A DNA stretch of 32,000 nt from Plantibacter sp. RU18 (GTDB lineage: Bacteria; Actinomycetota; Actinomycetes; Actinomycetales; Microbacteriaceae), in assembly GCF_050613355.1 (NCBI RefSeq), contig NZ_CP159618.1:311581-343580 (forward strand), in the 5' to 3' direction. Below the pieces are notes generated by a model. That model was given only the letters and a program-made list of their open reading frames with translations, made no database searches and was not told the DNA's origin. This document shows positions 9,805 through 19,391 of the stretch, piece after piece. Both the position numbers and the translations under genes were made by a program. Position 1 is the first letter of the stretch, and every line of letters starts with the position of its first letter.

Positions 9805-9908
9805 CCGGTGCCTCCCCACGGGCGTGGCCGGATCCGCGCCTCGTATCCCCACGCTAGTGGGCGGTGCCCGTCCTGCGCCTCACCCGCGCGGGGGAGATCC
9901 GGGGAAGC

Positions 9909-10862
9909 CTACAGGCCGAGCGAGGCCAGGGAGTCGCGCACTGCGGTGGCGGAGTCGGCGAACTGCTGCTCTTCGCGAGGCGACATCGCGACGTCGAGCA
10001 CGCTCCGGATGCCTGTGCGGTCGACGATGCTCGGGACCGACAGTGCGACACCGCTCACGCCGTGGTACCCGTCGAGGACCGTACTGACGGGGAGGATCGC
10101 GTGCTCGTCACCGAGGATGGCCTCGACGATGCGGGCGCCCGAGAGGCCGATCGCGTAGTTGGTCGCGCCCTTGCCCTCGATGACGCGATACGCGGCGGTG
10201 CGCACGTCCTGCGCGATCTCGTCCAGCTGCAGCTCGGTGAAGTGCGAACCGTCGGGCAGTTCCCAATCGAGGATCGGTACCGGGCCGATGGTCGCCTGGG
10301 ACCACAGCGGGAGTTCACTGTCGCCGTGCTCGCCGACGATGAGCGCGTGCACCGCCGAGGTCGCGACACCGGCACGTTCGGCCAGCAACCACCGCAGACG
10401 CGAGGTGTCGAGGACGGTGCCCGAGGAGAACACGCGCTCACTCGGCAGGCCGGTGATGCGCTGCGCGGCGACGGTGAGGACGTCGCAGGGGTTCGTGACG
10501 AGCATGTAGACGGCGTCGGGTGCCTGCTCGACGAGCTTCGGGAGGAGTTTCTCGAGGATGGCGATGTTCGTGCCCGCGAGCTCGAGTCGGGTCTGCCCGG
10601 GTTCCTGCTTCGCGCCAGCAGTGATGACGACGACGTCCGCGTCGGCGACCACGGAGATGTCGTCTCCGCCCGTGATGCTGCTGGAACCGGTGAACTGCGT
10701 GCCGTGCGCAAGGTCGAGCACCTCGGCCGATGCCCGCTTGCCGTCGATGTCGTAGAGCGCCACCCGGCGGGCGCTACCGCGGATGAGGGAGGCGTAGGCG
10801 AGGGACGAACCGACGCTTCCCGCCCCGATGATGGCCAGTTTCGACTTCGTGCGAGCACCCAT
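9909..10862 (-). CDS. ldh: L-lactate dehydrogenase
   Basis: Motifs: KLAIIGAGSVGSS, VVVITAGAKQEPGQTRLEL, NPCDVLT, VGEHGDSE. Confidence 0.93.
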   Translation of the reverse strand: MGARTKSKLAIIGAGSVGSSLAYASLIRGSARRVALYDIDGKRASAEVLDLAHGTQFTGSSSITGGDDISVVADADVVVITAGAKQEPGQTRLELAGTNIAILEKLLPKLVEQAPDAVYMLVTNPCDVLTVAAQRITGLPSERVFSSGTVLDTSRLRWLLAERAGVATSAVHALIVGEHGDSELPLWSQATIGPVPILDWELPDGSHFTELQLDEIAQDVRTAAYRVIEGKGATNYAIGLSGARIVEAILGDEHAILPVSTVLDGYHGVSGVALSVPSIVDRTGIRSVLDVAMSPREEQQFADSATAVRDSLASLGL

Positions 10863-10948
10863 GCGTCCATCTTGGCAGGGGCGGCTGCGCGTCAGCGGAT
10901 GGATCGAAGGACCGCGAGGGGTTGTCTCGACATCGAGCTACTTCGGTG

Positions 10949-10967
10949 CCCCGCGACAAGCTCGGGG
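10949..10967 (-). repeat. Single REP-like core copy
   Basis: The reverse complement CCCCGAGCTTGTCGCGGGG matches the 20545-20563 copy at 18 of 19 positions. It is intergenic, between ldh and the SRPBCC gene. Confidence 0.45.
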
Positions 10968-10976
10968 AAAGGTGAG

Positions 10977-10994
10977 GGGACGGCGTTCCGTCCC
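10977..10994 (-). terminator. Short hairpin just downstream of the SRPBCC gene stop
   Basis: GGGACGG-CGTT-CCGTCCC: a 7-bp stem, followed on the minus strand by CTCACCTTTCC. Confidence 0.4.
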
Positions 10995-10996
10995 GC

Positions 10997-11470
10997 TCAC
11001 TGAGCGTGTCGAAGTGTGCTCGCCAACCACGCGTTCCGCGACTCGATCAGCCGCCGCAGGTGCCTGGTGAGCGCGACGCGTTCGACGATGAGACCGAGCG
11101 GGCCGAGGGGTGCCGCGAACGCGATGTGGTCGAGCATCAGCGTCCCGTCCCGGCCTCCGGGACCCTCGAGCGGCTCGAACACGTGCACGTGCCGGAAGTC
11201 CGCGAACGGCCCCCGCACCTGCTCATCGGTGAAGGTCCGCGGTGCGTCGAGCGCGGTGATGCGGCTCGTCATCGTCCACACGACGCCGAAGTGGCGTGCC
11301 CGCCACGTGACCGTCTCGCCGAGCCCGATCAGGCCGCTCGTCACGCCGTCGACCGCTCGCTCGTCGGTGTTCGCCATCGAACCGAGGTGGGCGTCGATGG
11401 AGCGCGACAGTTCGAACGCGCGCTCCGGTGCTGCGTCCAGCTCGGTGCGGCAGGTGAAGGCCGCCGTCAT
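10997..11470 (-). CDS. SRPBCC (START/polyketide cyclase-like) family protein
   Basis: 157 aa, with a pattern typical of SRPBCC ligand-binding proteins ([10 protein letters not shown]..., [18 protein letters not shown]). Its start overlaps the trhO stop (ATGA). Confidence 0.8.
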   Translation of the reverse strand: MTAAFTCRTELDAAPERAFELSRSIDAHLGSMANTDERAVDGVTSGLIGLGETVTWRARHFGVVWTMTSRITALDAPRTFTDEQVRGPFADFRHVHVFEPLEGPGGRDGTLMLDHIAFAAPLGPLGLIVERVALTRHLRRLIESRNAWLASTLRHAQ

Positions 11471-12426
11471 GCGGTCGTGGCCGCCAGGTCGTGGGCGGCG
11501 CAGCGCGGACCGCCGTCAGGACCGTCTACGTGCGCCTCGCAGACGACGAGCTGCGTCTTGCACGACGGGTCGGCACAGTTCTGCAGCTGCTTCGTCGACG
11601 CATCACAGACGACGCAGTGACCGATGACGGCGGCGTGATCGCTGAACTCGAGCGAACCGCGCTTGTCGAACACGTACAACGAACCCTCCCAGAGGCCGTC
11701 GTCGCCGAACTGCTCGCCGTAGCGGACGATGCCGCCGTCGAGCTGGTACACCTCACCGAAGCCGCGCGAACGCATCAGACCCGACAGGACCTCGCAGCGG
11801 ATCCCACCCGTGCAGTACGTGACGACGGGCTTGTCCTTGAGATGGTCGTACTTGCCGCTGTCGAGTTCGGCCACGAAGTCGCGGGTTGTCGCGACGTCGG
11901 GGACGACGGCGCCGGCGAAACGACCGATCTCCGCCTCGAACGCGTTGCGGCCGTCGAAGAAGACGACGTCGTCGCCGCGCTCCGCGACGAGGTCGTGCAG
12001 CTCGGTCGGTTGCAGGTGCACTCCGCCGCCGGTGACACCGTGTTCGTCCACGGTGAGTTCGCCTGGCGCACCGAACGAGACGATCTCGTTGCGCACCTTC
12101 ACGCTGAGCTTCGGGAAGTCCGAGCTGCGGCGCCACGGTGCCGGACGGTGCCTCGCGGTGCGGACGGTGTCGTCCTCGTCGAAACCGGAGCCGTCGCTCC
12201 ACTTCACGTCCAGGTCGCGGAACGCGGGGTGCTCCTTCGTCTTGCGGACATAGAGCTTGCAGGCGTCCAGTTCGCCGCCGACCGTGCCGTTGATGCCGTC
12301 CTTCGAGATGAGGATGCGACCGCGGAGCCCGAGCGACTCGCAGAGGTCGCGTTGCCAGAGCCGGATCGCCTCGGGGTCCGCCAGGGGCGCGAACGCGTAG
12401 TACAGGAGGATCTTCGGGTCGGCCAC
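11467..12426 (-). CDS. trhO: Rhodanese-domain tRNA uridine(34) hydroxylase (UPF0176/YceA family)
   Basis: I place the start at GTG 12426 ([12 protein letters not shown]). Motifs: [16 protein letters not shown] and the rhodanese loop YCTGGIRCE, plus a Cys-rich C-terminus. The rest of ORF 11467..12843 upstream is repeat DNA. An alternative GTG lies at 12459. Confidence 0.85.
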   Translation of the reverse strand: MADPKILLYYAFAPLADPEAIRLWQRDLCESLGLRGRILISKDGINGTVGGELDACKLYVRKTKEHPAFRDLDVKWSDGSGFDEDDTVRTARHRPAPWRRSSDFPKLSVKVRNEIVSFGAPGELTVDEHGVTGGGVHLQPTELHDLVAERGDDVVFFDGRNAFEAEIGRFAGAVVPDVATTRDFVAELDSGKYDHLKDKPVVTYCTGGIRCEVLSGLMRSRGFGEVYQLDGGIVRYGEQFGDDGLWEGSLYVFDKRGSLEFSDHAAVIGHCVVCDASTKQLQNCADPSCKTQLVVCEAHVDGPDGGPRCAAHDLAATTA

Positions 12427-12455
12427 CGTCCAATGGTACGTGGGCTGCAGCGGTG

Positions 12456-12629
12456 GCACCTCGACAGGCTCGGTGAGCGGGAGGTTGCTCGGTGAGTGCG
12501 AGAGCTCGCCCCCTGAGCTTGTCGAGGGGCCGGCGCGCGGGGTGGTTCGCCCCCTGATCTTGTCGAGGGGTCGGTGTGGGTGTGGGTTCGCCCCCTGAGC
12601 TTGTCGAAGGGCCGGTGCGCAGATCGCGG
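12456..12629 (+). repeat. REP-like repeat cluster: one type-II unit, then three tandem 41-bp type-I units
   Basis: Type II is GCACCTCGACAGGCTCGGTGAGCGGGAGG (12456-12484). Type-I units start at 12507, 12548 and 12589 (CGCCCCCTGAGCTTGTCGAGGGG...), with an exact 41-bp period. Units 1 and 2 are about 80% identical. Confidence 0.85.
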
Positions 12630-12709
12630 GGCGAAGTTGTCCGGTGTCCACAACCGCGGCCGCGCCCGACCGACCACGGGCATAGTGTGGGGCGCAGACC
12701 TCGAGGGAG

Positions 12710-13897
12710 ATGGCCATGCGTACTGCGGTGATCGTCGACGCGATCCGGACCCCGTCCGGGCGCGGCAAGCCGGGCGGCGCGCTGAGCGCCGTGCACCCCG
12801 TCGACCTGCTCGCCGGCACGATCCGAGCGCTCGTCGAACGCACCGGCGTCGACCCGACCGTCGTCGAGGACGTCTACGCAGGCTGCGTCACCCAGGCCGG
12901 TCAGCAGGGCCAGAACATCGCGCGGAACGCGGCGCTCGCCGCAGGGTTGCCCCAGCAGGTGCCCGGCACGACGATCGACCGGCAGTGCGGCTCCAGCCAG
13001 CAGGCGACGACCTTCGCCGCGCAGAGCATCATGGCCGCCGGGAACGACGTCGTCATCGCGTGCGGCGTCGAGTCGATGAGCCGCGCGCCGATGGGCTCCA
13101 ATGTCGTCGGGGCCGACCCGTTCGGCGCCGAGCTCCGCGCCCGTTTTCCGGAGGGACTCGTCGGGCAGGGCATCTCGGCCGAGCTCATCGCGGCGCGCTG
13201 GAACCTCGGTCGGGACGAGCTCGACGCCTTCGCAGCCCGATCGCACGAGCGAGCCGCGGCCACCTGGGCGTCGGGTGGATTCGACCGCGAGGTGGTCGCC
13301 GTGACCCTGCCGGACGGCTCGGTGGTCACTACTGACGAGACCGTGCGGGCCGGGACGACCCCCGAAGGACTCGCGAGCCTGCCCGCCGTCTTCCACGACG
13401 AGCGTCTCGCCGCCCGTTTCCCGGAGATCGCATGGCGCATCACACCCGGCAATGCGTCACCGCTCACGGATGGTGCGTCGGCCGCGCTCATCATGAGCGA
13501 GGTCCGCGCGCTCGAACTCGGTCTCACGCCCCGCGCCCGGTTCGTGTCGTTCGCCGCAGTCGGGAGTGATCCGATCGAGATGCTCACCGGCATCCTTCCT
13601 GCGACGCGCCGCATCCTCGACCGCAGCGGACTGGCCATCGACGACATCGACGCGTTCGAGGTGAACGAGGCGTTCGCGTCCGTGCCGCTCGCGTGGCAGC
13701 GGGAGTTCGGCGTGGACGACGCTCGTCTCAACCCGCGAGGCGGTGCCATCGCGCTCGGTCACCCGCTCGGTGCATCCGGCACGAAGCTCCTGGCAACGCT
13801 GCTCGGACAACTCGAGGCGAGCGGCGGCCGGTACGGGCTGCAGACCATGTGCGAGGGCGGCGGCATGGCCAACGCGACGATCATCGAGCGCTGGTGA
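12710..13897 (+). CDS. Acetyl-CoA C-acyltransferase (thiolase)
   Basis: Motifs: [15 protein letters not shown], active-site [39 protein letters not shown] 12716 is an alternative start with better spacing to GAGGGAG. Confidence 0.93.
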   Translation: MAMRTAVIVDAIRTPSGRGKPGGALSAVHPVDLLAGTIRALVERTGVDPTVVEDVYAGCVTQAGQQGQNIARNAALAAGLPQQVPGTTIDRQCGSSQQATTFAAQSIMAAGNDVVIACGVESMSRAPMGSNVVGADPFGAELRARFPEGLVGQGISAELIAARWNLGRDELDAFAARSHERAAATWASGGFDREVVAVTLPDGSVVTTDETVRAGTTPEGLASLPAVFHDERLAARFPEIAWRITPGNASPLTDGASAALIMSEVRALELGLTPRARFVSFAAVGSDPIEMLTGILPATRRILDRSGLAIDDIDAFEVNEAFASVPLAWQREFGVDDARLNPRGGAIALGHPLGASGTKLLATLLGQLEASGGRYGLQTMCEGGGMANATIIERW

Positions 13898-13943
13898 GCA
13901 GGAACGTGCCCGCGAGAGCGAACGCCCAGGGAGGGGCCACGAC

Positions 13944-14780
13944 ATGGATGTGACAGGAAGCTCCGCGATCGTCACCGGCGGCGCATCGGGTCTGGGCTTT
14001 GCGACGGCGACCCGGTTGGCAGGCGCAGGCGCACGGGTCGTGCTCGTCGACCTGCCGGGGTCGGCGGGCGAGCAGCGGGCCGAAGAGCTGGGTGGATTCG
14101 CGACGTTCGTCGCGGCAGATGTGAGCGACGGTGAACAGGTGCAGGCGGCGGTCGAGGCGGCCGTGTCTCGCGGGCCGTTGCGCGTGGTCGTGAACTGTGC
14201 GGGCATCGCGCCGCCGGCGAAGGTGCTCGGTCGCGACGGCCCGGCCGACCTCGCCGCCTTCGAGCGCGTGCTCCGCGTCAACGTCCTCGGAACGTTCAAC
14301 GTCATCCGATTGACGGCCGACGCGATGCAGCACAACGATCCCGACGGCGCTGCCCACGACGGTGCGGCGCACGACGGGACGACCGATGGGACGACCGATA
14401 GCGTCGACCGACTCAGCGCTGACGGCGACCGGGGCGTCATCATCAACACCGCTTCTGTCGCAGCGTTCGACGGCCAGATCGGTCAGCCGGCGTATGCGGC
14501 GTCGAAGGGCGCGGTGCATTCGATGACGCTGCCGATCGCGCGTGAACTCGCCAGGTACGGGATCCGCGTCGTCACGATCGCGCCCGGCATCATGGAGACG
14601 CCCATGCTCGCCGGCTTGCCGGAGGCCGCGCAGGCGTCGCTGGGGGAGCAGGTACCGTACCCGGCGAGGCTCGGGCGTCCGGAGGAGTACGCGGCGCTCG
14701 CGCTGCACATCATCGAGAACGGGTACCTCAACGGCGAGACGATCCGCCTCGACGGCGCGATCCGGATGGCCCCGAAGTGA
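13944..14780 (+). CDS. 3-hydroxyacyl-CoA dehydrogenase type-2-like SDR (with a repeat-containing loop insertion)
   Basis: ATG 13944 follows GGGAGGGG. Motifs: [51 protein letters not shown]. Confidence 0.9.
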   Translation: MDVTGSSAIVTGGASGLGFATATRLAGAGARVVLVDLPGSAGEQRAEELGGFATFVAADVSDGEQVQAAVEAAVSRGPLRVVVNCAGIAPPAKVLGRDGPADLAAFERVLRVNVLGTFNVIRLTADAMQHNDPDGAAHDGAAHDGTTDGTTDSVDRLSADGDRGVIINTASVAAFDGQIGQPAYAASKGAVHSMTLPIARELARYGIRVVTIAPGIMETPMLAGLPEAAQASLGEQVPYPARLGRPEEYAALALHIIENGYLNGETIRLDGAIRMAPK

Positions 14781-14794
14781 CCCCGGCCCCCTCG

Positions 14795-14844
14795 CAGCAC
14801 GTGCTGTCCCGCGGGCGACGACCGCCTGCACGTGCAGGCCTGCA
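14795..14844. promoter_or_regulatory. Twin GCACGTGC-centred palindromes (candidate operator pair)
   Basis: There is a 12-bp perfect palindrome CAGCACGTGCTG (14795-14806) and a 16-bp perfect palindrome GCCTGCACGTGCAGGC (14824-14839). Their centres are 31 bp apart. A third overlapping palindrome TGCAGGCCTGCA lies at 14833-14844. All sit in the 139-bp spacer upstream of the enoyl-CoA hydratase gene. Confidence 0.45.
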
Positions 14845-14919
14845 CCGAGCAGCCCGGGCTCCGATCCCCGTCCGGACCGGAAGCGCACCCCAGACCCCGA
14901 ACCGACCAGGAGCCACACG

Positions 14920-15750
14920 ATGAGCGACGACGACACCATCCTCTTCGAGGTGAGCGACGGCCTCGCGCACCTCACGTTGAACCGTCCGGCGAGCCTCAAC
15001 GCGATCGACCCCGCAGCGGCCCGCCGGTGGCGCGACCTCGCGCGGGAGGTCGCCGATCGTGACGACATCCAGGCGGTCCTCTTCGACGCGAACGGCCCGG
15101 CATTCTGCGCCGGCGGTGACGTCCTCAGGATGGCGAGCATGGGCGACGGCACAGCCGGATCGACCGGCGCCTTCGTCACCGAGCTGGCCGACATCATCCA
15201 CGAGGGGCACCGTGCGCTGCAGACGGCAACGAAGCCGATCGTCGCCGCCGTGCAGGGCGCGGTCGCGGGTGGGGGACTCGGGTTCATGCTCGTCGCCGAC
15301 GTCATCATCGCGTCCGACCGGGCGAAGTTCGTGAGCAAGTACGCCGACATCGGGCTCACCCCCGATTGCGGCGTGAGCACCCTCCTGCCCGAGGCTGTCG
15401 GTATGCGCCGCGCACTGGAACTCACGCTGAGCCCTCGGATGCTGAGCGCGGCCGAGGCGCTGGACTGGGGACTCGTCACCGAGGTCGTCGTGCCCGAGCA
15501 GCTCGACGCCAGGGCTCGCGAGGTCGCCGCGTTCTGGCTCGCCGGCGCAACCGGAGCCTTCGGGCAGGCGCGACGACTGCTCCGCGAAAGCGTCGGCCGG
15601 AGCTACCAGGACGCCCTCGACGACGAGGCGCGCACGATCGGCGCCGCCATCGAGACACCGGACTCCGTCGCCCGCGTGGCCGCCTTCGCCGCGGCCTCGT
15701 CGAAGCGGGCCGCGTCCGCACCCACCACCACGAAGGAGCAGCACGCATGA
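14920..15750 (+). CDS. Enoyl-CoA hydratase/isomerase family protein
   Basis: ATG 14920 follows AGGAG. Motifs: LTLNRPASLNAI, PAFCAGGDV, VAAVQGAVAGGGLGF. Confidence 0.9.
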   Translation: MSDDDTILFEVSDGLAHLTLNRPASLNAIDPAAARRWRDLAREVADRDDIQAVLFDANGPAFCAGGDVLRMASMGDGTAGSTGAFVTELADIIHEGHRALQTATKPIVAAVQGAVAGGGLGFMLVADVIIASDRAKFVSKYADIGLTPDCGVSTLLPEAVGMRRALELTLSPRMLSAAEALDWGLVTEVVVPEQLDARAREVAAFWLAGATGAFGQARRLLRESVGRSYQDALDDEARTIGAAIETPDSVARVAAFAAASSKRAASAPTTTKEQHA

Positions 15751-16571
15751 CCGGACTCGCCGGCAAGACCGTCCTCATGTCGGGCGGAAGTCGTGGCATC
15801 GGCCTCGCGATCGCCCTCCGCGCCGCGAGGGACGGAGCGAACGTCGCCATCCTCGCGAAGACCGACACCCCGGACCCGCGGCTGGAGGGGACGATCCACA
15901 CCGCGGCCGAGGCGATCCGCGCGGCCGGTGGGCAGGCCCTCGCGATCGTGGGCGACGTGCGCAGCGACGACGACATCGCCCGCGCCTTGTTCGAGACGGC
16001 CGGTGAGTTCGGCGGGATCGACATCGTCGTGAACAACGCGAGCGTCATCAGCCTCGCGCGCACGCTCGATCTCGACGCCAAGCGCTACGACCTCATGCAG
16101 GACGTCAACGTGCGCGGTACCTTCATGCTGTCGCGCGCGGCGATCCCGATGCTGCAGGACGCCGAGAACCCGCACATCCTGTCGCTGTCGCCGCCGCTCA
16201 ACCTCGACCCGAAGTGGCTCGGCGCCCACACCGGCTACACGCTCGCGAAGTACGGCATGTCGATGGTGACGCTCGGATTGGCTGCGGAGTTCGGCCGTGA
16301 CGGCATCGCGGCGAACACGCTGTGGCCGAAGACGACGATCAAGACGGCAGCGGTCGGCAACATCCTCGGCGGCGAGGCGTTGCTGGCGAAGAGCCGGACG
16401 CCCGAGATCTACGCCGATGCAGCGTACGAGGTGCTGACGGCACCGTCGCGTGCACTCACTGGTCGATCGCTCATCGTGGAGGACGTCCTCGCCGAGGCGG
16501 GTGTCACCGATCTCGCGAAGTACTCGCCCGGTGTCGACGAGTCGGAGCTCTTCCCGGACATCTTCCTCTGA
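15747..16571 (+). CDS. SDR-family NAD(P)-dependent oxidoreductase (HSDL2-like)
   Basis: The ATG overlaps the upstream stop (ATGA). Motifs: VLMSGGSRGIGLAIA, VNNASV, YTLAKYGMS. Confidence 0.88.
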   Translation: MTGLAGKTVLMSGGSRGIGLAIALRAARDGANVAILAKTDTPDPRLEGTIHTAAEAIRAAGGQALAIVGDVRSDDDIARALFETAGEFGGIDIVVNNASVISLARTLDLDAKRYDLMQDVNVRGTFMLSRAAIPMLQDAENPHILSLSPPLNLDPKWLGAHTGYTLAKYGMSMVTLGLAAEFGRDGIAANTLWPKTTIKTAAVGNILGGEALLAKSRTPEIYADAAYEVLTAPSRALTGRSLIVEDVLAEAGVTDLAKYSPGVDESELFPDIFL

Positions 16572-16624
16572 TCGGCCAGCACGTCCCCGTCAGGCACTGC
16601 GGCGGGGTGTGGGAGGGTGGCCCG

Positions 16625-17176
16625 ATGGAGACGCACTGGACCACGCTCGGCAGGCAGCCCGTGTACCGCGGACGCACGACGATCGTCGACCACACGGTCG
16701 AGCTCCCGGACGGCAGCCGGAGCACGTACGAGGTGGACGAGAGTGTGCCCTTCGCCGTCGCCGTCCTGGTGATCGATGACGACCGGGTGTTGCTCACCCG
16801 CCAGTACCGGTATCCGCTCGACGCCTGGATCCTCGATCTGCCGGCAGGTGGCGGCGAGCCGGGCGAGGAGCCGGAGCAGGCTGCACGTCGAGAGCTCGAG
16901 GAGGAGCTCGGACTCGTCGCGGTCGATCTCGTGCCGCTGCACACCTTCTTCGTGAACCCTGGCCGGTCGGCGTGGCCGGTGCACGTGTTCTCCTGCCTCG
17001 CGACGACGACGGGCACCGCCTCGCTCGACGACGCGTCGGAGCAGGTCCGACTCGTCACCTTGCGCGTCGTCGAGCTGGACGCTGCGATCCGTGCGGGCGA
17101 CATCGTCGACCCGACGCTCCTCGTCGCCCGCACGATGGCGGCCGCCACCGGTCTGCTCCCTCCCCTCGGCCGGTGA
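16625..17176 (+). CDS. NUDIX hydrolase (ADP-ribose pyrophosphatase-like)
   Basis: ATG 16625 follows GGGAGGGTGG. Nudix box: GGGEPGEEPEQAARRELEEELG. Confidence 0.88.
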   Translation: METHWTTLGRQPVYRGRTTIVDHTVELPDGSRSTYEVDESVPFAVAVLVIDDDRVLLTRQYRYPLDAWILDLPAGGGEPGEEPEQAARRELEEELGLVAVDLVPLHTFFVNPGRSAWPVHVFSCLATTTGTASLDDASEQVRLVTLRVVELDAAIRAGDIVDPTLLVARTMAAATGLLPPLGR

Positions 17177-17188
17177 CCGGCCGCCACG

Positions 17189-17213
17189 GTCAGCGGGAGG
17201 GCTGTCCGCTGAC
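17189..17213 (+). terminator. Hairpin after the NUDIX gene
   Basis: GTCAGCGG (17189-17196) pairs with CCGCTGAC (17206-17213). The loop is 9 nt and there is no U tract. Confidence 0.35.
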
Positions 17214-17285
17214 GGCAGAACCAGCCTCCGCAGACGAGGCGCGCCACGGACGTACAGTGAGACCACGCAGCCGGAAGGAGACGCC

Positions 17286-17612
17286 ATGTTGTACCGCGAA
17301 GCCCTCGGAGCCGTGCTGCGCAAGCGTCGCCTCGAGCAGGGGCGGACGCTGCAGGAGGTCGCCGGCGTCGCAGCCGTCTCGACCCCGTACCTGTCCGAGA
17401 TCGAGCGTGGACGCAAGGACGCTTCGTCCGAGGTCGTCGCGACGATCGCCGACGCCCTCCGCACCCGCATCGACCTCCTCATGTTCGACATCGCCGACCG
17501 GTTCGAGCGCGCTGCCGAAACACAACCGGAGGTGTCGTCGGCCTCGGCGACGATCACCGAACTGCACCCCGACCCGACGCCTGTCGCCCAGCCCCGCCTG
17601 CTCGCCGCCTGA
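17286..17612 (+). CDS. XRE-family HTH transcriptional regulator, ClgR-like
   Basis: ATG 17286 follows GGAAGGAG. The 108-aa protein carries GRTLQEVAGVAAVSTPYLSEIERGRKDASSEVVATIADAL, which matches the ClgR HTH signature (GRTLREV...YLSEIERGRKE.SSE) as I recall it. Confidence 0.8.
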   Translation: MLYREALGAVLRKRRLEQGRTLQEVAGVAAVSTPYLSEIERGRKDASSEVVATIADALRTRIDLLMFDIADRFERAAETQPEVSSASATITELHPDPTPVAQPRLLAA

Positions 17613-17777
17613 CCGCGTCCACCCACCGAGCCTGCTCGCTGCTCTGGTGCCTGTCGCTGCGCGTCGGCGGCAGCTGCGTCACGCAACGAGTGCGGGCGTA
17701 GGCTGGACGGACAGCGCCGTCGCAGGCCGCGCCCCGCACGGGCGGCATCCGAGCGGGCAGCATCCGAAGGGAACCCC

Positions 17778-19358
17778 GTGATCCAGCACCACCTCCGCGT
17801 CCACCGCAGCGACGAGAACCTCGCTCGTGACGGACAGCTCGCCTGGCAGCTCGCCCGAGTGGCGACCGATCCGGTGGAGGTGGCCCCCGAGGTCGTCGAC
17901 ATGATCATCAACCGGGTCATCGACAACGCCGCCGTCGCGGCCGCCTCCCTCACGCGGCGCCCCGTCTCCTCGGCTCGTGCGCAGGCCCTCAGCCACCCGG
18001 TCAGCACCGGGGGCGAGGGCGCCACGGTGTTCGGCCCGGACCTCGCCCGCCGCGTCTCACCCGAGTGGGCCGCCTGGGCCAACGGGGTCGCCGTGCGCGA
18101 GCTGGACTACCACGACACCTTCCTCGCCGCGGAGTATTCGCACCCGGGCGACAACATCCCGCCGATCGTCGCCGTCGCCCAGCACGCCGGCTGCACCGGC
18201 GCCGCCCTCGTGCGTGGTATCGCAACCGGCTACGAGATCCAGATCGACCTGGTGAAGGCGATCAGCCTGCACAAGCACAAGATCGACCACGTCGCGCACC
18301 TCGGCCCGTCCGCTGCCGCCGGGATCGGCACGATGCTCGGACTCGACCAGGCCACGATCTACCAGGCCATCGGTCAGGCGCTGCACACCACGACGGCGAC
18401 CCGTCAGTCGCGCAAGGGCGAGATCTCCACGTGGAAGGCGCACGCCCCGGCCTTCGCGGGCAAAATGGCGGTTGAGGCCGTCGATCGGGCGATGCGCGGC
18501 GAGACCAGCCCGTCACCGATCTACGAGGGTGAGGACGGTGTCGTCGCCTGGCTGCTCGACGGCCCGGATGCGTCCTACGACGTCCCGCTGCCCGGCGCGG
18601 GAGAGCCGAAGCTCGCGATCCTCGACAGCTACACGAAGGAGCACTCGGCCGAGTACCAGGCGCAGGCGTGGATCGACCTCGCTCGGAAGCTGCACCACGA
18701 GCACCCTGGGCTGTTCGGACCGACGAGCGCCTCGACATCCTCGGTGACCGGCGATCCGCTCCCTGATCGAATCGACGCGCCGACCGTGGAGCGGATCGTC
18801 CTGCACACCTCGCACCACACGCACTACGTGATCGGCTCTGGCGCGAACGACCCCCAGAAGTACGACCCGACGGCGTCCCGTGAGACGCTCGACCACTCCA
18901 TTCCGTACATCGTCGCGGTCTCCCTGCAGGACGGCAGCTGGCACCACGTCGACTCCTATACTCCCGAGCGCGCCGGCCGCGCCGACACCGTCGACCTGTG
19001 GCAGCGGATCACGACGGCGGAGGACGCCGAGTGGACGCGCCGCTACCACTCGGTCGACCCGGCCGAGAAGGCGTTCGGCGGCCGCATCGAGATCACGCTC
19101 AGCAACGGCGAGTCGATCGTGGACGAGATCGCCGTCGCCGACGCCCACCCGCTCGGTGCCAGGCCGTTCGCCCGTGCGGACTACGTCGCCAAGTTCCGGG
19201 CCCTCGCGGCCGACGTGCTCGAAGCTGCGGAGATCGACCGCTTCCTCGCGCTCGCGGAGCGACTGCCCGAGCTGAGCGTCGACGAGGTCCGCGAGCTCAC
19301 GCTGCAGGCCGCTCCCGGCGTCCTCGCCTCCGCCCCGCACCCGACCGGCCTCTTCTGA
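17778..19358 (+). CDS. prpD: 2-methylcitrate dehydratase (MmgE/PrpD family)
   Basis: 526 aa with a GTG start after GAAGGGA. Motifs: [49 protein letters not shown]. It lies adjacent to prpB and prpC. Confidence 0.93.
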   Translation: MIQHHLRVHRSDENLARDGQLAWQLARVATDPVEVAPEVVDMIINRVIDNAAVAAASLTRRPVSSARAQALSHPVSTGGEGATVFGPDLARRVSPEWAAWANGVAVRELDYHDTFLAAEYSHPGDNIPPIVAVAQHAGCTGAALVRGIATGYEIQIDLVKAISLHKHKIDHVAHLGPSAAAGIGTMLGLDQATIYQAIGQALHTTTATRQSRKGEISTWKAHAPAFAGKMAVEAVDRAMRGETSPSPIYEGEDGVVAWLLDGPDASYDVPLPGAGEPKLAILDSYTKEHSAEYQAQAWIDLARKLHHEHPGLFGPTSASTSSVTGDPLPDRIDAPTVERIVLHTSHHTHYVIGSGANDPQKYDPTASRETLDHSIPYIVAVSLQDGSWHHVDSYTPERAGRADTVDLWQRITTAEDAEWTRRYHSVDPAEKAFGGRIEITLSNGESIVDEIAVADAHPLGARPFARADYVAKFRALAADVLEAAEIDRFLALAERLPELSVDEVRELTLQAAPGVLASAPHPTGLF

Positions 19359-19391
19359 TGCGCCGTCGTCCGCTCGTCGTGACCCCGCGCC

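Noticed and set aside
12507-12629. Possible CRISPR array (regular 41-bp period here, 130-bp period at 19392-19607).
   Set aside because: - There are only 2-3 units.
- The inter-core segments are about 20 bp and are themselves partly conserved.
- The units are only about 80% identical.
- No cas genes or leader are present.
- The same core is scattered singly elsewhere.
17222-17694. ClgR-box-like strings CGCAGACGAGGCG (upstream of the XRE gene) and CGCAACGAGTGCG (17682-17694, upstream of prpD).
   Set aside because: The CGC/GCG spacing is 7 nt, whereas the ClgR consensus as I recall it has 5 nt. The strings are short and GC-rich, so chance is a sufficient explanation without a proper matrix scan.
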